From an uncultured Desulfosarcina sp. (GTDB lineage: Bacteria > Desulfobacterota > Desulfobacteria > Desulfobacterales > Desulfosarcinaceae): a DNA stretch of 64,000 bases. Location: contig CAXXWQ010000004.1 in the NCBI GenBank assembly GCA_963674945.2, positions 928,001 to 992,000 of the forward strand. The letters run 5' to 3'. The notes beneath the pieces were generated by a model. The model saw only the letters and a list, made by a program, of their open reading frames with translations, was not told the origin of the DNA and did not search any database. The translations under genes and the position numbers were made by a program. Shown here piece after piece: positions 8,665-18,942 of the stretch (its first letter is position 1; every line of letters begins with the position of its first letter).

Positions 8665-11120
8665 CAGAACACTGCATCTCCGGGAAAACTATGTGACACC
8701 TCCGGCATGATTTGAGGTGCTGCAGCCATTTAGTTCGAATATCATTTGCAGCTCGGTACCGGGGTATTTTACCTGCGCACTGTTCAGATGCGCAAACAGT
8801 TGGCAAAGAGCCCGATTGGCCGCTGGGAACGAAGCGCCGTGCAATCGTATATTCAATTGCTGATTTTCAATATCGGGCAGTACATCGCCTTCGGTCTGGA
8901 ACAGTGTCTGGAGAAGACTCCGTGCATCCGACGAGTTTACCGTCGGACCCGTGAGCAACCCAACCATTGCCGTCTCTGCACGATATGCAATCATACGAAC
9001 CGTGTCCATCAGGCGTTTTCTGCCCGGTTGTAAACGTAAAAATTTATCTTTTGCTTCAAGTTCTCCCCACGTGATGTGTTTACTTGTCTGTTTTCGTTTT
9101 TCTTTCAACTCGCTGAGTTGATACTCCATCTTTTCGATTTCTTCTAACAGCTCGGCCTTTTTCTCTATCCACTTCTTAAACTTTACCGGTTTGTCTTCAT
9201 TTTCAGGGTGAATGGTCATCTCGGCAAAACAGGCACGACGATATCGTAGCTTGTTCTGCAACGAATTACGGGATTGATTCAATTGCCGCCAAACGGGGTT
9301 GATTACCCGTTCGGTATCAGGAAATTCAACGACACCATAATCTAAAAGCACATCGATATCAAAATGTTGCATCATATAGTTGAAAAAGTTTTCCTGACAC
9401 CACCGGCTGAACATGCGTGCTGCCAATTGAGTATGCGGCAAATCGAAAGCGGTGCTGATTACGCTGGTCTGGTGTCCGGAATCGGTCAGTTTTCGCACTT
9501 GTCGCATCCATGTTGCACCCTTACCAGATCCCACCAAACTACCCATTTCGCAAAGCCGCATCTTCACCACCTCTTTGTTTGGCATCGCAACTTCATACTC
9601 GGTGAACCAATGCTCCGGCCATGATTCACCAGGATGCTTATGATACGTCATGCAGCCGATTCGATGGCGATCCCACATTTCCTTGAAGAATGCGGGACTA
9701 TATCCTTCCCTGTCGAAAACAAGAACGAACCGGCATAAACATGGGTTCTCTTGTAGTTGCTGCAAACCGGGTTGATTCGGAACGTCTTGCAACAACCGGG
9801 GAACGATATCGTCTCTTAAAACCGCCAATAATCCAGGATCGATCTGCTTTTCGACGACAAAAAAAGGTCGGCCAATCGCATCGTTAACCCAATAGTCGGT
9901 AATGCCCCTCATGCACAATCGTTCCCGGGACACGTAGCGGCGCGGTAGTCGGGTCAATTTTCCATGATAAACACGTACATGCCCGTCAACATAAAGCGCG
10001 CCAACCGATTCGGGCGCCTGTTCCATCCAGTATTTACCGAGGTATGCGGCCCACTTTTCCGCGCCGTGGTCTGCGCTCAACGCATCCATCTTGTAACGCA
10101 AACAGCGAACCTCCGGTGCACGATCCAAGCCCAATAACTTACCAAATTCTCCCGGAGCATGGCCTCGTATTTTTTCTGTCGTCTTGATCCTGCATAAGGC
10201 CATAAACGAAAGCAGCAACAAGACATGAAAGATCGTGTAATAGCCTTTGACTTGGCCGAGGAACTGTTTTGCGCCGGTAAACAACCCGTTTGCCACCAAT
10301 GACGGTATCGCACAAAGAACGCCTGCTTTGGGAACGTCCAGGCATCTGTCAAAACGAACCGGCGCACCAACCATTTTGCCCAATGATGCCAATATGCGTT
10401 CCCCGACTCGGTTGCAAGCCGTCCCCATACCATCGGCAGCAGCCATGTCGACCATGTCCCGATCTGATTTGGTTAGACACGGTTCACCAATCCTTGATTC
10501 GATTAACCGACCATCATCTATAGCTTTGCGAAACGTATCGTATTTAATGCCAAGTTCCAGGGCGGCATCTTTTTTCGAGCACCCTTGATCCAGTAAACGT
10601 TGGGCTTGTTCAAGCACCTCAGGTTTGAAAACCTTGCCGCCGCGTCGTCCCCGCCGCTGAACGAAAAATGCCTCGGCGCCGCCGGACCTGAGTTTGTTCA
10701 CGGATCGGATGACATTGCTCTTGGATACGCCGAATGTGTTTTGGATATCGATCTGGCGGCAATCTCCGGATTCAACCAGTTGGGCTGTTATCATCCGAAA
10801 CATTCGTTGATCGCCTTGTCTGTGAGAATAAATCGGAACTGTCGATAGAAAATAGGTCCATTTCGTATCGTCACGAAATACACTGACAAGCCCGTTGATT
10901 TGTCTTGCACCGCGAGGAATAAGTGGTAGTATCTGTTGAGGCATGGCATCCTTTTCCTTTCATTTATCCGCCAAGATAATAAGGTTAAAGGTGCCATGTT
11001 CATTTTCCGGTTGCAATACCTTACCGGCCTGCTGGATTCAGACTCCTATCTTTCTGTTTTTCAACCACTTACATTATGTTTTGCTTGCCATATGCAACAA
11101 TTAGGAAATCAAGTTTCCTG
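8665..11120 (-). mobile_element. Insertion sequence, 2456 bp, 5-bp target duplication ATATT
   Basis: Ends CAGAACACTGCATCTCC / CAGGAAACTTGATTTCC (12/17 match); ATATT at 8660-8664 and 11121-11125. Confidence 0.88.
8689..10944 (-). CDS. Large DDE-type transposase with N-terminal HTH, family not assigned
   Basis: LYVDGHVRVY, VFDREGYS and RWCQENFF motifs; only ORF inside the IS ends. Confidence 0.8.
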   Translation of the reverse strand: MPQQILPLIPRGARQINGLVSVFRDDTKWTYFLSTVPIYSHRQGDQRMFRMITAQLVESGDCRQIDIQNTFGVSKSNVIRSVNKLRSGGAEAFFVQRRGRRGGKVFKPEVLEQAQRLLDQGCSKKDAALELGIKYDTFRKAIDDGRLIESRIGEPCLTKSDRDMVDMAAADGMGTACNRVGERILASLGKMVGAPVRFDRCLDVPKAGVLCAIPSLVANGLFTGAKQFLGQVKGYYTIFHVLLLLSFMALCRIKTTEKIRGHAPGEFGKLLGLDRAPEVRCLRYKMDALSADHGAEKWAAYLGKYWMEQAPESVGALYVDGHVRVYHGKLTRLPRRYVSRERLCMRGITDYWVNDAIGRPFFVVEKQIDPGLLAVLRDDIVPRLLQDVPNQPGLQQLQENPCLCRFVLVFDREGYSPAFFKEMWDRHRIGCMTYHKHPGESWPEHWFTEYEVAMPNKEVVKMRLCEMGSLVGSGKGATWMRQVRKLTDSGHQTSVISTAFDLPHTQLAARMFSRWCQENFFNYMMQHFDIDVLLDYGVVEFPDTERVINPVWRQLNQSRNSLQNKLRYRRACFAEMTIHPENEDKPVKFKKWIEKKAELLEEIEKMEYQLSELKEKRKQTSKHITWGELEAKDKFLRLQPGRKRLMDTVRMIAYRAETAMVGLLTGPTVNSSDARSLLQTLFQTEGDVLPDIENQQLNIRLHGASFPAANRALCQLFAHLNSAQVKYPGTELQMIFELNGCSTSNHAGGVT

Positions 11121-11408
11121 ATATTTTCGATGTAGCCTTCGTAATGAATAACAGGAGGGATGTCCCTGCTTTTGAATACGGCTTCAAAACCTGCCTCCAC
11201 CAACACCTGATCAACCGTTTTTTCGCCGATGACCGGAACGGTTCTCGGAACCATCAAATCTATATCACGTGTACGGATTGGTTCATGACTTGTGTTTCCC
11301 AATAAATATCGGTGATAAACGAAAGGCGCCCATCCCCCTCCGATCACTATCACTGGGAGGTAATCTTTGAGTATCCAGAGTGTCTTTAAAAATCCAGAAA
11401 CAAAAAAG

Positions 11409-12521
11409 TCATTCACTCCGATTCACCTTTTCAAATAAAGGTTTAATCTTTTTGTCCATTAGATGCTCAGCCTGCTCCAGACCGCGAATTGGATAGCTAT
11501 GCAGATCCAGATACAGCTGAATATCTGAGACAACTCGAAGGCTATCGATAATTCGGCTGTCATGAAAAACGGAATGCTTGTAATAGGGAAGCATTAAAAT
11601 CAGATTTGCCCCTTGTTCTGCGTTTTCAAGGTTCAGCTGTTTTTCAAAATACTCCAAGGCCATTTTATTGCCGACGTACATATGAATTTCTTGATAAGCA
11701 GCATATGGGGCAACCAGATTGCCGCCGGCCTGAACACTAAGCGCATAATTGACATTGGAAGGTATTTTTAGATTTCGAATCTTATCCAAAACGTCAACCG
11801 AACTCGTTGCCATCAAAAAATAGCCGAAATTTTTGTTTTTATTGAAATTATAATTTCTGGTCCAGTCATCGAGGATGCTTACAGGATCTCGAAGTTTTAT
11901 TTTGGAATGAATCCGTGAAATATATTTTCGTTTTTCAAGCTCTTTTGCCATGCGCGAAACAAAGCCTGGATCCAAATGAACCCTTTGGGCCAACTCCCTG
12001 ACGCCCCACAGATGTCCACCATCTTTAAGAATAGATCGAAGGATGAGACTGGCTTTATCTGAAAACGGCCCCCTGCCCTTCCGTTCTTCCGGAAACTTAT
12101 TTGGGAAACCAGTTCGCTCCACATAGAGGCTTCTAAATTTGATGAACACGTTTCCGGAAAGGTCAACAAAACAAACACCCTGATCCCGACAAATGTTCTG
12201 CCGCTGTTGGCTTAGATAGGGAGCAGCCAAGACCGGCACTGCATCATTAGACGCGTTTGCTATCGTCTTGAGTCTGGATATCTTGTCTTTCAACACTGAA
12301 AGACTGGTTTTCGCCACAATCTCAATAGTCAACTGAAAACGCAAATCACCATACCGGGCTCGAGCAACAAGATCTGGCGAATCGGATTCGTTTGATATCG
12401 CGCCTGACACCATGTTGATTTTCAGATCGTCTAAAGATAGAAGCCCTTCTAAGGATCTTTCCAGCTCTTTTTTTATTTTTTGTTCAGGTCTCATGTTGTC
12501 TACTTTTAGAATGTTGTCCAT
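11409..12521 (-). CDS. Type IV TA AbiEi-family antitoxin (370 aa), copy 1
   Basis: FVDLSGN, wHTH GVRELA..LDPGFVSR, VSDIQLYLDL..RGLEQAE; overlaps the start of the NTase gene. Confidence 0.8.
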   Translation of the reverse strand: MDNILKVDNMRPEQKIKKELERSLEGLLSLDDLKINMVSGAISNESDSPDLVARARYGDLRFQLTIEIVAKTSLSVLKDKISRLKTIANASNDAVPVLAAPYLSQQRQNICRDQGVCFVDLSGNVFIKFRSLYVERTGFPNKFPEERKGRGPFSDKASLILRSILKDGGHLWGVRELAQRVHLDPGFVSRMAKELEKRKYISRIHSKIKLRDPVSILDDWTRNYNFNKNKNFGYFLMATSSVDVLDKIRNLKIPSNVNYALSVQAGGNLVAPYAAYQEIHMYVGNKMALEYFEKQLNLENAEQGANLILMLPYYKHSVFHDSRIIDSLRVVSDIQLYLDLHSYPIRGLEQAEHLMDKKIKPLFEKVNRSE

Positions 12522-12531
12522 TTGGACAACA
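12493..12531. promoter_or_regulatory. Operator-like repeats TGTTGTC(C/T)A, including inverted repeat TGTTGTCCA-TT-TGGACAACA
   Basis: Direct copy at 12494-12502 and perfect IR at 12512-12531, between divergent genes. Conserved at 25723-25761. Confidence 0.6.
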
Positions 12532-12595
12532 AGTTAATTAAAAACAACACTCACGTCAAGAATAAATTTGAAGCAACCATATGGAGAGGTGATCA

Positions 12596-13795
12596 ATGGC
12601 AACGATTAATCGCAAAGAACTCTACAAAAAGGTATGGGAAACGCCCATCACTCGATTGTCAAAGGAATATGGCTTATCTGATGTGGGCTTTGCCAAGATA
12701 TGCAGAAAACACAATATACCCAGGCCGCCACGGGGTTATTGGGCCAGAAAGGCGGCCGGATACAGGGTAAAACAGATCCCCTTGCCATCTGGGAAGAATG
12801 TTACAATTGAAATCAGCCCCAATCCATACATTCAGAAGGCCAATAAAAACAAAGAACTGGTTGCACAGATATCGCCGTCTGAACAGCCAAATGAGGCACC
12901 CATTGTTGTTCCCGACCGATTGACCAATCAGCACCATTTGACCAAACAAACTTCTGAAATCCTGAATGGCCGGCAACCAGACAAAGAAGGGATTGTACTT
13001 CCTACCAAGAAAGGATGCCTTGATATATCGGTTTCGAAAGCAAGCTTGAGACGAGCCCTTCGTATCATGGACACAATCCTTAAAGCCCTTGAGAAAAGGG
13101 AATGTGAAGTATACCTGTCCAAGGGGTACACCAAAACGAAAATCCATAACGTCCCCGTTAGTTTCAAAATCTACGAGAAATTGGTCAATAGGAGAAAAGA
13201 GCCCAAAGAACATAGTCTGGATAGCCGCTACCGGTTTGGGCACAGCAGGTTCATCGAAGAACGTATCCCCTCAGGGGATCTATGTCTCACAATTCACCAG
13301 GCCGATGGCTTTTATATTTACGGTTGTCAGCAAAACTGGAACGACGGGAAAAAATCAAAGCTCGAAGAGCGCATCAATAGTTTCATCGATGGCCTGGTAA
13401 CGGTCGCTGTTGCTAAGATCGCGCGTGACAAAGAAAAGATGGAGGAAGAAAAGCGAAGGATCGAACGGCAAAAAAGACTTGAAGAGGAAAGGGAGATACG
13501 CGCCGTGCTAAGACGCAAGTACATGGAAGAAGAAGCCAGGGTAAATCAATTAATAGCCGAAGCCGAAAATTGGAAAAAGAGCCAAATTCTCCGGGACTAC
13601 ATCGTTGAAATTGAAAGTAGCGCAACTAATGAAAATCTATCGCTTAGCCCCGAGAAGCCGTTAAACGAATGGCTAAAATGGGCCAAGGACCAGGCGGACC
13701 GGCTGGACCCTTTGAAACAAAGCCCGCCATCGATTCTCGACGAGGAATGCCCGCCGGAAGAGAAGCGAAATGAATATTCCTATTACCGATATTAA
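12596..13795 (+). CDS. Conserved hypothetical protein (ELY..VW..P...L....G.SDV...K.C....IP.P.RGYW N-terminal domain)
   Basis: 399-aa ORF with GGAG/GAGGTGA RBS, HTH-like N-terminus and coiled-coil C-terminus ending W..WA..QADRLDPL. Confidence 0.75.
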   Translation: MATINRKELYKKVWETPITRLSKEYGLSDVGFAKICRKHNIPRPPRGYWARKAAGYRVKQIPLPSGKNVTIEISPNPYIQKANKNKELVAQISPSEQPNEAPIVVPDRLTNQHHLTKQTSEILNGRQPDKEGIVLPTKKGCLDISVSKASLRRALRIMDTILKALEKRECEVYLSKGYTKTKIHNVPVSFKIYEKLVNRRKEPKEHSLDSRYRFGHSRFIEERIPSGDLCLTIHQADGFYIYGCQQNWNDGKKSKLEERINSFIDGLVTVAVAKIARDKEKMEEEKRRIERQKRLEEEREIRAVLRRKYMEEEARVNQLIAEAENWKKSQILRDYIVEIESSATNENLSLSPEKPLNEWLKWAKDQADRLDPLKQSPPSILDEECPPEEKRNEYSYYRY

Positions 13796-13809
13796 ATCAC
13801 GTTTTTGTC

Positions 13810-14991
13810 ATGAAACGAACCGAAACATACGAGGAAATCAAACCCCTGGTCGAGTTGTGTAAATCAGGCAAGCTTTTCGAGGTACAGGAATGGATTGCAT
13901 CTGGAAAACCGGTGAACCCTCCGCCATCGGAATTCGGATATAGAAAGAAAAGCCCTTTAGAAATAGCAATTGAAATGGGATTTCATAGTCTCGTTAAAGT
14001 TTTGCTCGAAGGAGGGGCTGACATCAATGAACCTCGGTATTGGCCATTAGATGAAGCCTTGCATAAACGTCGGTTGGACCTGGTCAAACTGCTTGTCGAG
14101 TACGGCGCTGATATCAATTCCGTCTCAATGGCAACCGTCTTTGAAACTTGGCAGCCCGATATCATGAAATGGTTTATTGAACAAGGCGCTGATGTCGAGA
14201 CCGACAATCCCCTTGCCTATGCCTTTTGTGAAAGGATAAGAACCGCTTTGGGTATATTTAAGAGCTACAGGGATCGGTTTCCCAGCTTCCAAGAACAAGC
14301 AAACATCGCTTTGCGTCATCACTGCAAGGAAGGTAACCTTAAGTGGGCGTCGCTTATGCTCTGGGTTGGAGCGGATCCGGAATCCAAAGGACCTTATTGC
14401 TGGAGCGAAGATCCGGACCCGGAGTTTGATCGAAATGCATTGGAATTGGCAGCTTTCTATGAGCATTTTGAAATTTTCAACCTGAAACCAATTCGTTTGG
14501 ATCCGGCAAAGCCTGAACTGAAAGAGATATTGTTAGAGGCATGTCATGCTAAAAATTCAGACTTTCTCAATAAACTGCTAAAAAAAGGATTCAAGCCATG
14601 TGAATATGAGAACAGCGGAACACCGTTGATACAGGCATTACTTTCCCGCCTGAGCTGGTATTTTGACTTCAATCGTTGGGACACCTGGAGTGATAATCGG
14701 ACTCCCAAAAGGGACAATGACAATGAAAAGGCCCGGGAGAAAATAAAGATGATTCACATGTTGTCGAAGCATGGTGCCAAATGGCTTCCCACTGACCGTT
14801 CAGAAATCGGAGACGCTCGTCGATCATTGCTGAAAATGAAACCAGATTATACTGTCGAGTTCATTTGGATAATGTCCAAATACAATGCCACTAAACGTGA
14901 AAACATCGAGGAGCTTATCCGGACACCTTCAATACGTTCCGTTGTTCATCAACATATGGTAAGGATAAATGAGCTCCTTAATAATTTTTAA
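13810..14991 (+). CDS. Ankyrin-repeat-containing protein
   Basis: SPLEIAIEMGFHSLVKVLLEGGADIN, LVKLLVEYGADIN, WFIEQGADV. Confidence 0.8.
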   Translation: MKRTETYEEIKPLVELCKSGKLFEVQEWIASGKPVNPPPSEFGYRKKSPLEIAIEMGFHSLVKVLLEGGADINEPRYWPLDEALHKRRLDLVKLLVEYGADINSVSMATVFETWQPDIMKWFIEQGADVETDNPLAYAFCERIRTALGIFKSYRDRFPSFQEQANIALRHHCKEGNLKWASLMLWVGADPESKGPYCWSEDPDPEFDRNALELAAFYEHFEIFNLKPIRLDPAKPELKEILLEACHAKNSDFLNKLLKKGFKPCEYENSGTPLIQALLSRLSWYFDFNRWDTWSDNRTPKRDNDNEKAREKIKMIHMLSKHGAKWLPTDRSEIGDARRSLLKMKPDYTVEFIWIMSKYNATKRENIEELIRTPSIRSVVHQHMVRINELLNNF

Positions 14992-15048
14992 GTGTCTGAA
15001 AAATGACCGATAATTTTAAGATTAGGGGCTAAAGGAAACAAATAAGTT

Positions 15049-15318
15049 TTATGAAATTGAAGCCTTTTGAGCTAAATAATGCTGATCTAAGGATTGACGT
15101 AGATAGGTTTTTATGACAGCTTGCCGGCTGATATTTAATTCCTTTGCAAGGACGTCCAGTTCCTTGAGCATATCAACACTAAAGTCCACGTTAACTCTCT
15201 GAATGGCCGGTTTCATCTCGCCCTTATTGGTAAAATGCTGAGAGATGTCCTCACCACTCATGGCCTTTTCGGCAATTTCGTCAGCGGTTATTTTTTTCTT
15301 TTTAGCTGAACTCATCAT
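15049..15318 (-). CDS. BrnA/CopG-type RHH antitoxin, copy 1
   Basis: RVNVDF...ML.ELD..A..LNISRQAVIK; overlaps the toxin stop. Confidence 0.8.
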   Translation of the reverse strand: MMSSAKKKKITADEIAEKAMSGEDISQHFTNKGEMKPAIQRVNVDFSVDMLKELDVLAKELNISRQAVIKTYLRQSLDQHYLAQKASIS

Positions 15319-15580
15319 ATAGTTGCTCTTCCTGTTTTGTTGATCTCCAGAGTGTGACAAGATGATAGTATTCACCTTTGTCATCTTCTCTGATTTCGTA
15401 TATTACCGAGTAAAGCCTTCCCTGCACCCATCCGATGGCACGAAACTGCTCTGGATCGTCACTACGACAGTCCACGTAATGGGGGTGCGTCCAAATTTCC
15501 TGGACCTCGGAGAAACCGATATTTCGGCGAGGGTCTGCTTTAAGCTTTTTACTCTTTCGACCGTCGTATTTAAACCTCAT
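15302..15580 (-). CDS. BrnT-family RNase toxin, copy 1
   Basis: F.YD..KS.....R.IGF.E.Q.IW..RAIG....LYSVIYE.R...HLVTLW. Confidence 0.8.
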   Translation of the reverse strand: MRFKYDGRKSKKLKADPRRNIGFSEVQEIWTHPHYVDCRSDDPEQFRAIGWVQGRLYSVIYEIREDDKGEYYHLVTLWRSTKQEEQLYDEFS

Positions 15581-15588
15581 GGATTTGA

Positions 15589-15617
15589 ACTGTATAACAG
15601 TTATACCGCATTGTCAA
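15589..15617 (-). promoter_or_regulatory. Promoter (TTGACA-17-TACAGT) with operator palindrome GTATAACAGTTATAC; nearly leaderless brnT
   Basis: The -10 box ends 8 nt before the ATG at 15580; palindrome at 15592-15606. Conserved at 33579-33607. Confidence 0.65.
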
Positions 15618-15722
15618 TGAAATAAGAAAAAGCACCGATAGCAACAAAAAAATGCTTGCTCATCGTATGCATCAAGGGGCACAGCTACCAACTGCGAAGA
15701 CACCAGATTGGAAAAACCGGTG

Positions 15723-15783
15723 TATCCGGCCTGAAGCCTGTTGCTTCCGCTTCGGCTGCAAGCTTCTCGGGAGAAATCTTCAT
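15723..15783 (-). pseudogene. AbiEii toxin remnant (first ~20 codons)
   Basis: MKISPEKLAAEAEATGFRPD is identical to the start of the 28317 gene, then homology stops. Confidence 0.8.
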
Positions 15784-16586
15784 GACACCTCTCCCCATGT
15801 TCGTTCGAGGACTTCGCTTGGGACCACCAAGTTCCATTCCGACACGAAGCGACCAGATTTCCGCTTGGAACGGTTTAGGTAATGAGGCTGCCTTGGACGC
15901 ATGTCGCGAAGCATATTAAGATGTCGGTCATCAACCATCAATGTTTCGCGGTGTTGATCGAGGAAAAACCCCACTTTCGCACCGGTGGTCGCATTTCCGA
16001 GCAGGAGCGCATATTCCACGACCTTATCGAGGTCGAAGAATTCGACGGACTCCAGCGACCGCCATATTTCCTCCCAACTTCCTGAGAGATCTGGACGATC
16101 AAGCACATCGACCAAGGTCCGTTCCAGGGTCGTAACCCTCAATTCCTGGCCAGACCGCTCTGCGGCCGAAACACCGAAATTTTCTTTCCCAGAACGGAGA
16201 AGCGCTTGACGAAACCTCGCTCCCCGGAAAACGTACGCTCGAAAATTCAAAGATCCAAGCGGACGGGATGCCGAGTAGACAAAGTGTGTATGAACCGAGT
16301 AAGCCTTGCCGTGAAATTCAAGCGCGGTGTAGTGCGACAGCACTGCATCCGGAGTTAACTTCGCTGCTACGAGAAAAGGGTCGATAGGATATGAATCGGG
16401 ATCGGCTCCCGGGGGAATAACTGCATACAACCCTCGTCGCACCAGGACAATCCGACCGGCCTTCCGGTGATAGGCTAAAAATGACTCCTGCGTTCGTCCA
16501 CGGACCTCACCCAGAGACGATAAATGACCAGTCAACTCTTTTCCGGTAAAAACCGGATGCTTTCGGAAAAACTCATCATGTTTCAT
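15780..16586 (-). CDS. Type IV TA AbiEi-family antitoxin (268 aa), copy 1
   Basis: VRRGLY, LSHYTALEFHG, VTTLERTLVDVLDRPDL. Confidence 0.85.
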   Translation of the reverse strand: MKHDEFFRKHPVFTGKELTGHLSSLGEVRGRTQESFLAYHRKAGRIVLVRRGLYAVIPPGADPDSYPIDPFLVAAKLTPDAVLSHYTALEFHGKAYSVHTHFVYSASRPLGSLNFRAYVFRGARFRQALLRSGKENFGVSAAERSGQELRVTTLERTLVDVLDRPDLSGSWEEIWRSLESVEFFDLDKVVEYALLLGNATTGAKVGFFLDQHRETLMVDDRHLNMLRDMRPRQPHYLNRSKRKSGRFVSEWNLVVPSEVLERTWGEVS

Positions 16587-16596
16587 CGTCGGCGTC

Positions 16597-16743
16597 CTTG
16601 ACTTTGTTTCATGTTACCCATAAAAATTCCATGGGTTTCATAATTAAATGTCAAGTAAAAGCATCGGTCCAATCTATCCAACCGACTTGACAGAATAACA
16701 CATAACCCATATCTAATTATGGGTTTCGCATGTGCGTGTCAAG
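16597..16743. promoter_or_regulatory. Two tandem symmetric boxes CTTGAC-N13-ACCCAT-N8/9-ATGGGT-N13-GTCAAG
   Basis: At 16597-16655 and 16686-16743; repeated at 29131-29189 and 29220-29277. Confidence 0.7.
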
Positions 16744-16824
16744 AGCCAAATGAGGAAATCGGGAGAAGTCGGATTTGTGGGATACAAAAAAAATGATTGA
16801 TTTGTCGGCGTATTTGCCGTAATA

Positions 16825-17985
16825 ATGCCGACTATGTTTACAAGAGAGTTGTTAAAAATTGAAACCTCTGCTTTTTTGCTTGGCCCCAGGGGGACGGGAA
16901 AGTCTACTTGGATTCAGCAAAACTATAAGGGCGATTCCGTTGTTTACGATCTTTTGAATACTACGGAATTGATTCGACTCAGCCGCGATCCTTCTCTACT
17001 TTACCAGGAAACAGCCCATTTGCCCCCGGACTCATGGGTTATCGTAGATGAAATTCAAAAAGTGCCGGATTTGCTTAATGAAGTCCACAGAATCATAGAG
17101 AACAAAAAGCTCCGCTTCATTTTGTCCGGTTCCAGCGCACGAAAAATTAGAGAGTCTGGAGTGAATTTACTGGCCGGCAGGGCACTTACCTACAATATGT
17201 TCCCTTTGGTGTCCAAGGAGGTCAACTTCGAGCTCGATCTGGAAAAGCAGATCGCATTTGGGATGCTTCCCAGTTCATTTTCAAATGCAAACCCCAAAAA
17301 ATACCTGCAGGCGTATGCGGAAACCTATTTGAAAGAAGAAATCAGGGCGGAAGCATTAACACGAAATTTCGGCAATTTTGCCCGCTTTTTGGAAATAGCC
17401 GCCCGCCAGAACGGCCAACTCACCAACACCGCTGCCATTGCCAGAGATGCGGGGGTAGCCCGGCAGACAGTTCAAGGATATTTCGACATTTTGAGTGATA
17501 CCCTGATCGGCTTTTGGCTTGAACCATGGAAACTGAAAAGGCCCACCAAACAAGTAGGCCATTCCAAATTTTACTTTTTCGATTCCGGCGTTGTCAGGGC
17601 TTTGTCCGGCCGGCTGCCTTATCTGCCAACACATGAAGAGTCAGGGCCGCTGTTTGAGTGCTTCATAATCAACGAACTAAGAGCGTACCTGCACTACACT
17701 GGGCGAGATTATCCGCTTCATTTCTGGAGAAGTCAGGGTGGCGTTGAAGTTGACATCATGCTTGAAACCGCAAGAGGTTATGTAGCCATCGAACTAAAAA
17801 ATGGTACCAGATGGGAGAAAAAGTTCAACCGTGGTATGCACAGATTATCAGATGCGTTGGGCAAAGACAAGGTTGCCTGTATCGGAGTTTTTATGGGTGA
17901 ACGACAGCTTACTATTGATGATGTTATCGTCTTCCCGGCGCTTGATTTTCTTAGGCAGTTATGGAGTGGCGAAATAATCTATTAA
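16825..17985 (+). CDS. AAA ATPase with DUF4143 and C-terminal PD-(D/E)XK-like domain
   Basis: GPRGTGKST, VDEIQK, SGSSAR, LAGRA, KFYFFDSG, EVD...AIELK. Confidence 0.85.
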   Translation: MPTMFTRELLKIETSAFLLGPRGTGKSTWIQQNYKGDSVVYDLLNTTELIRLSRDPSLLYQETAHLPPDSWVIVDEIQKVPDLLNEVHRIIENKKLRFILSGSSARKIRESGVNLLAGRALTYNMFPLVSKEVNFELDLEKQIAFGMLPSSFSNANPKKYLQAYAETYLKEEIRAEALTRNFGNFARFLEIAARQNGQLTNTAAIARDAGVARQTVQGYFDILSDTLIGFWLEPWKLKRPTKQVGHSKFYFFDSGVVRALSGRLPYLPTHEESGPLFECFIINELRAYLHYTGRDYPLHFWRSQGGVEVDIMLETARGYVAIELKNGTRWEKKFNRGMHRLSDALGKDKVACIGVFMGERQLTIDDVIVFPALDFLRQLWSGEIIY

Positions 17986-18026
17986 TCAGAAAAACGCCCC
18001 GACCCCTCAATTACTTAGTCCCTGTT

Positions 18027-18612
18027 TTAGTTGTTTCTCCTACGCTTCTCCGCTCTATTTAGGTGGTGAGCCACAGAAGTTCCACCACATCCCAGTAAAA
18101 AATCAATTGAACACCGCAATGCATTAACCAATTTAACGATCACGTCTGTGCTTGTGTGGTAACCGGTTTCGATCCTTTTGATTTGATCGACTGGTAACCC
18201 GGAACGTTTAGAAACCTCCCTAATGCTGAACCCCATATCCTCACGCCAATAAATAACGAACACGTTTGCCCATTTCCGGATCTTGGGCCACAGGAAGCCC
18301 ATGTTCTTTATTGGTTTTGGTATGAAGGTATTTGGGTATATCTTCTTTCACCATCGTGTACGGTGAATCAGTCGTTTGGTAAAAAACGTGTCCCCACAAA
18401 AAATAATCCATCGGCTTGCCGGTGGCCATGGATACAGCTAATATGTAATTCAATGAAGGATTTTGGCTGGCTTTTGCGCTGTGAATATTGGATACCACGT
18501 TGATCTTCACACCCACTTTATTTGCCCATTCCGTCCTGGAATAGCCTTCCATCTCCTTTTCAATGCGTCGGAGGACATCTTTAAAATTTATGTCGACGTG
18601 ATATTTTTTCAT
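18027..18612 (-). pseudogene. Double-XRE repressor copy 2, frameshifted
   Basis: A 4-nt duplication (CCAATAAATAACG vs CCAATAACG) near 18250 splits it into ORFs 18241-18612 and 18027-18302. Confidence 0.85.
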
Positions 18613-18942
18613 TATCTATTATTTTTTTCTTGACAATAAATTCATTGTATTTGTATTAATAATCTACACACCTTCAATTGAACCTGATCTCATATTATTA
18701 TAGAGTTGTTTCTCCTCAGTATCTTTATAGCATTCAGATCTTTTCAGCTATTGCTCTAATGGTGTAGAAGCAGGTCCTGATATTCAATTTTAATGTAATT
18801 CTAAAACATATGTCAACGAACAGCAAGGACTAATCATTTGATTTTCTATTTGCTAATATCGCTCACGGGAGATTCATTTTCAAATTACATTAATGCCTTA
18901 GCGGAATCAAATCCTATTCCATTAAACGTAGGACAAATAAAA

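Larger units (their letters stand above)
8125..11416 (-). pseudogene. Type IV TA nucleotidyltransferase toxin (AbiEii-like), interrupted by an IS
   Basis: N-part has IVIGGGWA..TRDIDL; C-part has ..KKAKDLFYI. Removing the IS and one TSD copy rejoins ..EGYIEN-MDVEIE.. in frame (831 nt, 276 aa). Confidence 0.85.
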
